The notes under the pieces are model-generated. The model searched no databases and was not told the DNA's origin. It saw nothing but the letters and a program-made list of their open reading frames with translations. A stretch of DNA of 64,000 nt from Spirochaetia bacterium. GTDB taxonomy: Bacteria > Spirochaetota > Spirochaetia > SZUA-6 > Bin103. Position 1 is the first letter of the stretch. Every line of letters starts with the position of its first letter. Shown piece by piece: positions 1-7,911 of the stretch. The stretch covers positions 1,056,001 through 1,120,000 of the forward strand of contig CBDBOV010000006.1 of the NCBI GenBank assembly GCA_965208575.1, written 5' to 3'. The translations under genes and the position numbers were made by a program.

Positions 1-159
1 CGATCCGGTCGGTCGTCGATGATGTCACGCCGCGGATGGTAGCGACCCTGGCCGCCGCACCGCAAGTGGACCCCGCGAACGCGCCGGCCCGGGCTGGCCC
101 GGAAACGGCACGTGGACGCCGGATCATGGCTCCGCTATACTCCTGGTCAGGTCAATCCC

Positions 160-360
160 ATGCCACCGGCAACACTGAAATCCAAGATGGAAAGCTTGAT
201 TCGCAGTCTACCGGAGAATGCAGGCATCGAGGATGCGATGGAAAGGCTATTCCTTCTCCACAAGATCGAAAAAGGCATCGAACAAGCAGATGCCGGCCTT
301 GCCGTTTCACACCATGAGGCGCGACGGCGATTGACGCACAAGCATTTGCGAGTCCGATAG
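160..360 (+). CDS. Small putative antitoxin (type usually upstream of RelE/ParE toxins)
   Basis: MPPATLKSKMESLIRSLPENAGIEDAMERLFLLHKIEKGIEQADAGLAVSHHEARRRL resembles the 'LP..ED.M..L....KIE.G....DAG..SH.E' ParE-associated antitoxins; ATG at 160, TATACT upstream. Confidence 0.65.
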   Translation: MPPATLKSKMESLIRSLPENAGIEDAMERLFLLHKIEKGIEQADAGLAVSHHEARRRLTHKHLRVR

Positions 361-377
361 TCAAAGGGCATCCGCAT

Positions 378-450
378 CAGGCCGTTACGATTCTTGACAA
401 TTCAGCACAGCGCTCGTCTGCTTGATCCGTCCGAATTGGGCGGCGACTGA
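378..450 (+). pseudogene. C-terminal remnant of a RelE/ParE-type toxin
   Basis: Reads QAVTIL / (+1 shift) TIQHSARLLDPSELGGD*, like the ParE C-terminal 'V.ILT.HH.ARLL' motif; directly after the antitoxin, rest of gene absent. Confidence 0.5.
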
Positions 451-461
451 CTGCGTCGGTC

Positions 462-2678
462 ATGGCAAGTGCTGAGGATCGCGATCTGTTTCAGGCCCGT
501 GGTGCGGCCGAGCAGGCGAGCAGTGCGCCGCTCGCGGCCCGCATGCGCCCGCGCACGCTGGACGAGTTCGTCGGCCAGGACCACATCGTCGGGCCGGGGC
601 GGCTGCTGCGGCGCGCGATCCAGGCCGACCAGCTCTCGTCGCTGATCTTCTACGGGCCGCCCGGTACCGGCAAGACCACGCTCGCGCAGGTGATCGCGGG
701 CACCACCCGCGCCCGCTTCACGGCGCTGAACGCGGTGCTGGCCGGGGTGAAGCAGCTCCGCGAGGCGATCGCCGCGGCGCGCGAGGCGCGCGACCTGCAC
801 GGCAAGCGCACCATCCTGTTCATCGACGAGGTGCACCGCTGGAACAAGGCGCAGCAGGACGCGCTGCTGCCGAGCGTCGAGAACGGCACCATCGTGCTGA
901 TCGGCGCCACCACCGAGAACCCCTACTTCGAGGTGATCAAGCCGCTGGTGAGCCGCAGCCGCATCTTTCAGCTCCAGGGCCTCGGGCGCGAGGAGCTGGC
1001 GCGGGTGGCGCGCATGGCGCTGGCCGACGGCGAGCGCGGGCTGGGCGCCTTCCGCACCGACGTAAGCGAGGAGGCGATGGAGCACCTGCTGAACGTGGCC
1101 AACGGCGACGCGCGCAGCCTGCTCAACGCGCTCGAGCTGGCGGTCACCACCACGCCGGCGGGCGAGGATGGCGTGGTGCGGGTGGACCGGCTGGTGGCGG
1201 AGGAGTCGATTCAGCGCCGCGCGGTGCTGTACGACAAGGAGGGCGACGCCCACTACGACACCATCAGCGCGTTCATCAAGAGCGTGCGCGGCTCCGACCC
1301 CGACGCGGCGCTGTACTGGATGGCGCGCATGGTGTACGCCGGTGAGGATCCGCGCTACCTGTTCCGGCGCATGCTGATCCTGGCGTCCGAGGACGTCGGC
1401 ATGGCGGACCCGGCGGCGGTCGGCGTGGTGACCGCCTGCGCCGCGGCGTTCGACTACGTCGGGCTGCCGGAGGGGCGCTTCCACCTGGCCGAGGCGGCGC
1501 TGTACCTGTCCACCGCACCGAAGAGCAACAGCACCCTGGGCTTCTTCGATGCGCTGCGCGCGGTGGAGGCGGAGCGCGAGGCGCAGGTGCCGTCGCCGTT
1601 GCGCGACGCCAGCCGCGACGCCGAGGGGTTCGGCCACGGCGCCGGCTACCAGTATCCGCACGCCTTCACCGACCACTGGGTGGCGCAGCAGTACTTGCCC
1701 GAAGAGCTGCAGGGGCGGGTGTTCTACCAGCCCGGCGACAGCGGCCACGAACGCGCCATTCGCGACCAGGTGGCGCGCCGCCGCGAAGCCAACCTGGCGG
1801 CCGCCTGGGAGGGCACCGAGGGCGGCGGCGAGATCCTGACCAACGCCGGCACGGATGTGCAGCGCGATCTGGACCGCTGGCTGGAGCAGGCCCTGTCCGA
1901 CGCCGCCGGCCGGCTGGCCGGCGAGCGCGACCGCATCGTGGCTGCGGCCGGCCTGCAGCGCCACGGCGTGGTGCTGGACCTTGGCCTGGGCAGCGGCCTG
2001 CTGACCTTCGAGCTGCTGCGCCGCTGCCCGGAGGGCGGCGTGTGGGCGCTGGCGCCGCCGGAAGCCAGGGGGGTGCGCGAACAGCTCGCCTCCCTGCCGG
2101 CCACCATGCAGCCCACCCTGGTGGCGGAGCCGGCGCAGATCGACCCGGCGGTGCGGTTCGACGCCGTGGTAGGCCGCGGCGTGTGGCGCACGGAAGGCGG
2201 GGAAGCGCTGGTCCACGCCACCTGCAGCGCGCTGGCCGAGGGCGGACGGCTGGTGCTGGCCGAGCCGCTGCCGGAGCGCGCGCCGCGGCTGCACGAGGTG
2301 CTGGATCTGGACGGGCTGGACGAAGCGGATCGGGCCGCCGTTGCCGCCGCCGAGGAAGCCCACTACGGCGCCCGCCCGGCACTTACCGGCGCCGAAGTCG
2401 AGGCCGCTCTGGCGCCGCACGTCACCGCCCTGACCACCGAAGTCGTGCAACAACCGGGCCGGCTGGCAGTGACGCGCACCCTTCTGGAGCGCTGGTTTCC
2501 GAACGGCGCGCAGGCGCCCGCCACCTCCTACGCCCACATGCTGCTGACCGCCGGCGTCTCCGCCGACGTTGTCGCGGCCCTGCGCCGCGGCCTCGAAAAC
2601 CGCCTCGGCAGCGCGCTCGACTGGCGCGTCGCCACCCTGTTTGTGACCGCAACCGGCTCGCCGGCCGGCAGCCGGTAG
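462..2678 (+). CDS. rarA: Replication-associated recombination protein RarA/MgsA (AAA+ ATPase) fused to a C-terminal class I SAM methyltransferase-like domain
   Basis: APLAARMRPRTLDEFVGQDH, Walker A GPPGTGKTT, Walker B FIDEVHR, GATTENPYF, HYDTISAFIKSVRGSDPDAALYW; C-terminal VLDLGLGSGLL motif I. Confidence 0.92.
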   Translation: MASAEDRDLFQARGAAEQASSAPLAARMRPRTLDEFVGQDHIVGPGRLLRRAIQADQLSSLIFYGPPGTGKTTLAQVIAGTTRARFTALNAVLAGVKQLREAIAAAREARDLHGKRTILFIDEVHRWNKAQQDALLPSVENGTIVLIGATTENPYFEVIKPLVSRSRIFQLQGLGREELARVARMALADGERGLGAFRTDVSEEAMEHLLNVANGDARSLLNALELAVTTTPAGEDGVVRVDRLVAEESIQRRAVLYDKEGDAHYDTISAFIKSVRGSDPDAALYWMARMVYAGEDPRYLFRRMLILASEDVGMADPAAVGVVTACAAAFDYVGLPEGRFHLAEAALYLSTAPKSNSTLGFFDALRAVEAEREAQVPSPLRDASRDAEGFGHGAGYQYPHAFTDHWVAQQYLPEELQGRVFYQPGDSGHERAIRDQVARRREANLAAAWEGTEGGGEILTNAGTDVQRDLDRWLEQALSDAAGRLAGERDRIVAAAGLQRHGVVLDLGLGSGLLTFELLRRCPEGGVWALAPPEARGVREQLASLPATMQPTLVAEPAQIDPAVRFDAVVGRGVWRTEGGEALVHATCSALAEGGRLVLAEPLPERAPRLHEVLDLDGLDEADRAAVAAAEEAHYGARPALTGAEVEAALAPHVTALTTEVVQQPGRLAVTRTLLERWFPNGAQAPATSYAHMLLTAGVSADVVAALRRGLENRLGSALDWRVATLFVTATGSPAGSR

Positions 2679-2754
2679 TACATCGTCGCGAATCGCCCGG
2701 CTCCGGCCGATGGCCGTGGCAAAGGCCAAGGCACGCAGATTCGATCGCGAGCTA

Positions 2755-3087
2755 CTACGAGATTGCCAAGTACGATGCGGCCTCGTCCGCGTCGAACTCA
2801 GCCAACCGAGTGGAGAACTCGCGCAGTATCGCCTCGATTTCATTGGTGGTGCAGTTACCCCTCCGGATCCAAACCACCTTCGGTGGGTGTCCGTACAGAA
2901 AGCTCAGCTGATGGAAGTCGGAGTCCTTCGAGACAATGGCGTAACCGTTCTCACCGGCGTGTTTCCATACCTGCCGGTCCACGGCTCGATGTAGACCAAG
3001 ATCCCGAACATGTGCGGATTCGGGATACATACTCGCAAGACGGTCGATCAATCGCGGCGACAGATTCTGGTCGAAGAGCAGCTTCAC
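2755..3087 (-). CDS. DUF5615 PIN-like toxin (VapC45-like)
   Basis: MKLLFDQNLSPRL...HVRDLGL...D..VW..A...GY.IVSKDSDF...GHPPKVVWIRRGN; overlaps the DUF433 gene by 4 nt. Confidence 0.88.
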   Translation of the reverse strand: MKLLFDQNLSPRLIDRLASMYPESAHVRDLGLHRAVDRQVWKHAGENGYAIVSKDSDFHQLSFLYGHPPKVVWIRRGNCTTNEIEAILREFSTRLAEFDADEAASYLAIS

Positions 3088-3311
3088 TCCGCCGGTACCG
3101 AGACGAATCGGCGCTCTCGGTCAGCCGCGAACGATAGACATGCCTTGATGTCATCCGATGTAAGATCTGGTAAATCGGCGAGTATCTCTTCCCGAGTCAT
3201 GTCTGACGCCAGGTATTCGAGAACATCGTAGACGGTGATGCGGAGCCCCCGAATACATGGCTTGCCCCCACGCTTCCCCGGCTCAATGGTGATGATCTCT
3301 CGATAGTCCAT
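3084..3311 (-). CDS. DUF433 antitoxin (VapB45-like)
   Basis: ITIEPGKRGGKPCIRGLRITVYDVLEYLAS.MT.EEILAD.PDLT..DIKACL.FAA. Confidence 0.92.
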   Translation of the reverse strand: MDYREIITIEPGKRGGKPCIRGLRITVYDVLEYLASDMTREEILADLPDLTSDDIKACLSFAADRERRFVSVPAE

Positions 3312-3385
3312 AGCACTCAGCGTAGCACCGTTGGGCCGAGCATCGGAAGGGCGTCGACCGGGCAGCGGGCAACTCGTGGCCTACG

Positions 3386-3586
3386 TTCGACGACCTGTAC
3401 TACTTCGAGCGCGCCTGCGAGACTTACATCACGGCGCTGCAAACCGGGCGCGAACTGAAGATCCCCGGCGAGCAGGTGGCCGCCACGACACGCCGGCAGT
3501 GGCTCGACTACCCGGACCTGAGCGACGACCACTTCCACGAATTGCAAGCGATCCTGGACCGCGAAGACCCGTCCTACCGCGACTGA
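3386..3586 (+). pseudogene. 3'-end remnant of a class II aldolase/adducin family gene
   Basis: Not in the ORF track; reads FDDLYYFERACETYITALQTGRELKIPGEQVAATTRRQWLDYPDLSDDHFHELQAILDREDPSYRD* with host-like codon usage but no 5' part. Confidence 0.7.
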
Positions 3587-3590
3587 ACGG

Positions 3591-4880
3591 TCAGCGCGCC
3601 CGCGACCATTCGTCGAACAGGTTGTCGTATTCCTCAGCGAGGCAGGCCCACGAGTAGCGCCGCATGGCCGCGGCCAGTCCCGGCGGCGGCTTCACCGGCG
3701 GGCTCGACAGCAGGGCGATCAACCGGTCGGCCAGCGTCTCTTCGTCGTCGTACAGGCATTCTTCGTGGAAGGCCGCCGGGATCACCTCCGGGTAGGCGAG
3801 CCGGTTGGGCAGCAGCGGATGGCAGCCCGACGCTACCGCCTCCACCACCGAGATGCCGAAGTTCTCCTGGATGGCGGTCGACACCACCACCGCGCCGCGG
3901 CCAAGCCACTCCAGGTACGCCTCCCGGCTCGGCAGATAGCCGTACTGCACCACCCGCTCGCCGAGCCACTTGCGCGCGGCGATGAACTCCTGCGGCACGT
4001 ACTGGGCGTTCTCGCCGAGCAGCGCCACCCGGAACGCCACGCCCGCCCGCTGCACCCTGCGCAACGCGGCAAAGAACGCCGCCGGCTGCTTGTCGAACTC
4101 CCAGCGGTGGTTCCAGATCACCAGCGGCGGTCCAGCCCTCGCTGCGCACCGTGCCGGCCCCGCAACCGTTGCCGCGATATCAGTAGCAGAGGGTTGCCGC
4201 CCGGCGGCTCCGGCGGCTCGCGCAACTCCGGCGGCGCGGGACTCGGCCGGCGGGGAGGGCGCCGCCGGCCCGACGCTCGCCGACGACGGCGCGGGCCAAG
4301 CCACCGCTGCATGGCGGCGGTCGGCAGTCGACAACGCCGTGGCGCCGCCCGGCGCCGGCTCTACGGACGGCGGCAACCGGCAGCCGGGATACAGCACGCG
4401 CGCCTTGGCCGCCAACGCCTCCGGGATCCACGCCGGCTCGTACTCCGGCATGCGGCGCAACACCTCCGGCAGCACCGCGAAGTAGGCGTCGCGATGGTAG
4501 CGGGAGTTGAACACCATCACGTCGGCGGCCAGCGCCGAGGCGATGTCGGTGAAGGCGAACTGATAGTCGCGCTGCTCGCCCTCCGGCTTCGGATAGCTGA
4601 GTTGATTCTCGTGCACGTACAGGAGGATCGGCGGGCAATCCGCTCCCCACAAAGCCTTCAGGTCGGCCACGTTCATCAGGTCGGTGACCAGCAGCAGGGC
4701 GTAGTCCGCCGGACGCGCCACCGCGCGGGCAAAGTGGAGCGCCGCGCCGCGCATCCGCCAGCGCCAGAAGCGCGCCGGCAGCGTGTGCAGCTCGATGCGG
4801 TGGCGGGAGTGCTGTACCAGGCCGTCGGCGAACTCGCGGTGCGAGCCGCCGTAGAACGGCTCCAGGAACAGGATGTTCAC
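3591..4880 (-). CDS. DUF3524-domain GT-B glycosyltransferase (GTDC1/QTMAN-like)
   Basis: GTG start; NILFLEPFYGGSH, LPARFWRWRMRGAA, YVHENQLSYP, WNHRWEFDKQP, STAIQENFGISVVEA; ~85-aa Ala/Pro-rich linker insertion. Confidence 0.85.
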   Translation of the reverse strand: MNILFLEPFYGGSHREFADGLVQHSRHRIELHTLPARFWRWRMRGAALHFARAVARPADYALLLVTDLMNVADLKALWGADCPPILLYVHENQLSYPKPEGEQRDYQFAFTDIASALAADVMVFNSRYHRDAYFAVLPEVLRRMPEYEPAWIPEALAAKARVLYPGCRLPPSVEPAPGGATALSTADRRHAAVAWPAPSSASVGPAAPSPPAESRAAGVARAAGAAGRQPSATDIAATVAGPARCAARAGPPLVIWNHRWEFDKQPAAFFAALRRVQRAGVAFRVALLGENAQYVPQEFIAARKWLGERVVQYGYLPSREAYLEWLGRGAVVVSTAIQENFGISVVEAVASGCHPLLPNRLAYPEVIPAAFHEECLYDDEETLADRLIALLSSPPVKPPPGLAAAMRRYSWACLAEEYDNLFDEWSRAR

Positions 4881-4885
4881 CGTAC

Positions 4886-5659
4886 TCAGTGCACGCTCCA
4901 GCCGCCGTCGACGGTCAGCGCCGCGCCGGTGACGTAGCTCGCCGCATCGCCGGCCAGGTAGAGGGCAAGCCCGGCGATCTCGCGCGGCTCGCCCCAGCGC
5001 CCCAGCGGCACCTTCGCGGCCACGCCGGCGACGATCTCGGGGTCGTCGAGCAGCGGCAGGTTCAGCTCGGTCGCGAACATGCCGGGGATGATGCAGTTGA
5101 CGGTGATGCCGGACTGCGCCCACTCCAGCGCCAGCACCCGGGTGAGCTGCAGCACGCCACCCTTGCTGACCGCGTACGGGGTGCGCTCGGCCATGCCCAG
5201 CACCGACAGCAGCGAGCCGATGTTGATCACCCGTCCGTAGCCCTGCGCCTTCAGGTGGGCGGCGGCGGCGCGGCACACCAGCCACATCGAAGTGAGGTTG
5301 GTGTCCTGCACCTGCCGGAACTGCTCCAGGCTCAGTTCCTCGATCGGCCCGCGGATGTTGATGCCGGCGTTGTTCACCACGATATGCAGCCCGCCGCACT
5401 CGGCGATTGCCGCCGCCACCGTCTCCTCCACCGCGGCGGGGTCGCTCACGTCGCACCGCCAGGCGCGGCACGCCACCCCATGCTCGGCGCTCAACTCGCG
5501 CGCCACCTCCTGCACGCGCTCGCCGCGCGCCAGCAGCGCCAACGACGCCCCCGCCTCCGCCAGCGCACTGGCGATCACCTCGCCGAAGCCGCGGCTGGCC
5601 CCGGTCACCAGCGCCACCCGCCCATCAAGCCGAAACGAGCCGAGAATGCCGAGCTTCAC
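4886..5659 (-). CDS. Short-chain dehydrogenase/reductase (gluconate 5-dehydrogenase-like)
   Basis: TGASRGFG, NNAG, YAVSKGG (YxxxK), TVDGG. Confidence 0.92.
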   Translation of the reverse strand: MKLGILGSFRLDGRVALVTGASRGFGEVIASALAEAGASLALLARGERVQEVARELSAEHGVACRAWRCDVSDPAAVEETVAAAIAECGGLHIVVNNAGINIRGPIEELSLEQFRQVQDTNLTSMWLVCRAAAAHLKAQGYGRVINIGSLLSVLGMAERTPYAVSKGGVLQLTRVLALEWAQSGITVNCIIPGMFATELNLPLLDDPEIVAGVAAKVPLGRWGEPREIAGLALYLAGDAASYVTGAALTVDGGWSVH

Positions 5660-5845
5660 AATCGTCCGCCAGGGAAGCCGGAAGCAACTCCATCACCTGC
5701 GCCGCGCCGCGATACCGCCGCCAACGTGATACGGAGCAGCCGCCACGACCAACCGAAACGCACGATCAGCTCTTCCTTGAGTCGAATAATACGTACACCG
5801 CGAAGGCGCGTAGCACGCCGGACGGAAGACCTGTGAAGCGGTGAA

Positions 5846-6202
5846 TTATTTCTTCAGCGGTATCGGCGATTCAACGTTGACTTCGGGATACGTGCTCAGC
5901 CATTTCTCCACACCACTGCCCCATTCTTCTCTAGACACGTAGGAAAGGTTGGGATAGTCTTCTATCCCCACATCCGAGAGCCTCGATAGCAGTCGCCTTG
6001 GCATGCCACCCAACCACGCGACATCGAGGTCATCCTTGGAGCCGTCGAAGACGATCACGATGCGGAGATACGGAGAGCCGTCGTCCACGTCATAGGTACG
6101 CCGTACCTCGATCGGGCCGAATGCTACTGCTCCGCGCGGATGGCCCTCAGCAAGGGCCTCCTGCACGATATCCCTGACTTTCGATAGCGTCGTCGCGTCC
6201 AT
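5846..6202 (-). CDS. Hypothetical protein (accessory, lower GC)
   Basis: Protein-like 118-aa ORF from MDATTLSKV, TATACT upstream; no recognised family. Confidence 0.6.
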   Translation of the reverse strand: MDATTLSKVRDIVQEALAEGHPRGAVAFGPIEVRRTYDVDDGSPYLRIVIVFDGSKDDLDVAWLGGMPRRLLSRLSDVGIEDYPNLSYVSREEWGSGVEKWLSTYPEVNVESPIPLKK

Positions 6203-6417
6203 GTGCCGCTTTAGTATACCGACCGATGATGGTCGTCGCCACGCGCCACCATCAGCCCTGTTAGACACGTTAGCCGTGTGCGGCCACGCGAACCGAGCCG
6301 GCCGTCCGCGACGCTCTTACTGGATAGCGCATGACGCTGTGCGCGCCGTACGGCAACGCCACAGCCGGCCGGCCACGTCCGGCCGGCCACGTCGATCGGA
6401 CTTCACCCGACCGGGCG

Positions 6418-7623
6418 CTACTCGAATTGGCGTTTGCTCTGGCTGCGCGCCTTGCCCTTGCCGCGGACGATGTCGGTCCGCTCCCAGGAATCGAGCGCGC
6501 AGCATATCGGGTGCGTGTCGCCCAAGTTGTGGCGCATCTCGCTGGGCGTGAACCAGTCGCAGGTGCCGTTCGCCAGTGCATCGACTTTCACCTTGTCGGC
6601 GGAGTAACCGTATACCCGGCACACGCCGTCCTCCTCGGCCCAGTCTTCGATGTAGGACATCCAGGGCACGTCCAACCCAAGCTGTGCGCGGACCAGTTCC
6701 TGCAGCGAGCCGATCCGCGACCCCACGTCCCAGCCGACCGCTTCCTCCTCCCAGCCTTCGCCGCCCGGCAGTTCCCACACCTCCGAATCTGCGTCGCGGC
6801 ACAGCAGGAATCTCGACTCGCCGCCGGAGGGGCACTCGATCAGCAGCCGGGTGGTGGTGAGCGGGCGGTCGAAGCAGACCGGCAGCAGGCGCTTGCCGGC
6901 ATCGCTCAGGGCGTCGCGCGCGGCCGGGTTGTAGGGGTAGTAGCCCGCCGCCGGCGGCGCGTCGGCGGCACAGTACTTGTTGAAGATGCCGCAGCGGTCT
7001 TCGCCGGTGGTGCCGGCGGGGGCCTGGTGCCAGACATGCTCGTTGACCACCAGCAGGTCGCCCGCCTTCAGCTCCGGGTCGATGAACGGCGGCAGTTGCT
7101 CCCGGTCGGGCGCCGTCAGGTCCAGCACGTGCGCCTTCGGGTCGATCACGCGCGGCAGCTTGTGCGAACCCGGCGACACCATGAACGGACCGAAGGAGGG
7201 ATCGAAGTCGTTCAGCGGAATGATGGCGAATACCCAGTTCATGGACGAGCCGACCGGGCGCCAGCGCTTGTAGTCGGAGTGGGCGCCACCGCCCTTGTCG
7301 CCGGGCGTGCGCAGGTAGGCGACCGACGCGGTCAGGTGCGCGGGACCGCCGAGCGCGGACTCCACCGCCCCGACCACCGCCGGATGCTCGGCGATCGCGG
7401 CCAGCCCCGGCTCCGCCATCCGGTTGCCGCTGACCGTGTACTTGGCCGGTTCCGGATAGGAAAGACGCCGCGGGAACGCCTGGCGTTGCGCCTGTTCCCG
7501 GACCACCCGGCGAAGCTCGGCGGCTTCCCCGGCCGACAGGGCGTTGCGCACGATCAGGTAGCCTTCCTCGTGAAAGTCGGCGAGCTGTTGCGGGCTCAAG
7601 GTTGGGGTGAACGTTGCACTCAT
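6418..7623 (-). CDS. Phytanoyl-CoA dioxygenase (PhyH) family Fe/2OG enzyme with a C-terminal NUDIX-like domain
   Basis: LSPQQLADFHEEGYLIVRNAL, HSD (HxD), VSPGSHK, LKAGDLLV..VWH; C-terminal RFLLCRD...WELPGG. Confidence 0.8.
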   Translation of the reverse strand: MSATFTPTLSPQQLADFHEEGYLIVRNALSAGEAAELRRVVREQAQRQAFPRRLSYPEPAKYTVSGNRMAEPGLAAIAEHPAVVGAVESALGGPAHLTASVAYLRTPGDKGGGAHSDYKRWRPVGSSMNWVFAIIPLNDFDPSFGPFMVSPGSHKLPRVIDPKAHVLDLTAPDREQLPPFIDPELKAGDLLVVNEHVWHQAPAGTTGEDRCGIFNKYCAADAPPAAGYYPYNPAARDALSDAGKRLLPVCFDRPLTTTRLLIECPSGGESRFLLCRDADSEVWELPGGEGWEEEAVGWDVGSRIGSLQELVRAQLGLDVPWMSYIEDWAEEDGVCRVYGYSADKVKVDALANGTCDWFTPSEMRHNLGDTHPICCALDSWERTDIVRGKGKARSQSKRQFE

Positions 7624-7729
7624 CTGGTTGACCTGCCCGGCAGCATAGGATGCAGGCCAACCCCGGTCAAACGCAGATGGGCGCGCGCCCCGTGGCCAGC
7701 ACCGCGCTCGCCGCGGTCGAGCTGTCGAT

Positions 7730-7850
7730 CCGGCTGCGGCGTTGCGGGGTTGCGCCGGCGGGCCGGCCGGGCCGGCTGCGGCGTTGCGGGGTTGCGCCGG
7801 CGGGCGGCGGGCCGGCTGCGTGGTTGTGCGGTTGCGCGCGGGCCGGCGGG
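7730..7850. repeat. About 3 imperfect tandem copies of a 40-42 bp GC-rich unit in a divergent promoter region
   Basis: ccggctgcggcgttgcggggttgcgccggcggg at 7730 and 7772, degenerate third copy at 7812. Confidence 0.8.
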
Positions 7851-7911
7851 TCCGGTGGCGTTTGCGCCGCGATGCGGTGTGCGATACGGTAGCGGTGGAG
7901 GTAGAGAAGCA

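Noticed and set aside
2712-2745. Short resemblance to the phyH 3' end (RGKGKAR)
   Set aside because: Too short, opposite strand and GC-rich; likely chance
402-2843. 813-aa minus ORF and similar long antisense ORFs (24150-26606, 29352-31391, 42108-44363)
   Set aside because: They overlap well-supported genes on the other strand and carry no motifs
7730-7850. Possible CRISPR array (also considered for the 714-bp repeats)
   Set aside because: No unique spacers between repeats and no cas genes
6331-7911. N-terminal extension making a 1199-aa binding protein
   Set aside because: Antisense to phyH; the real start with SD and signal peptide is at 7912
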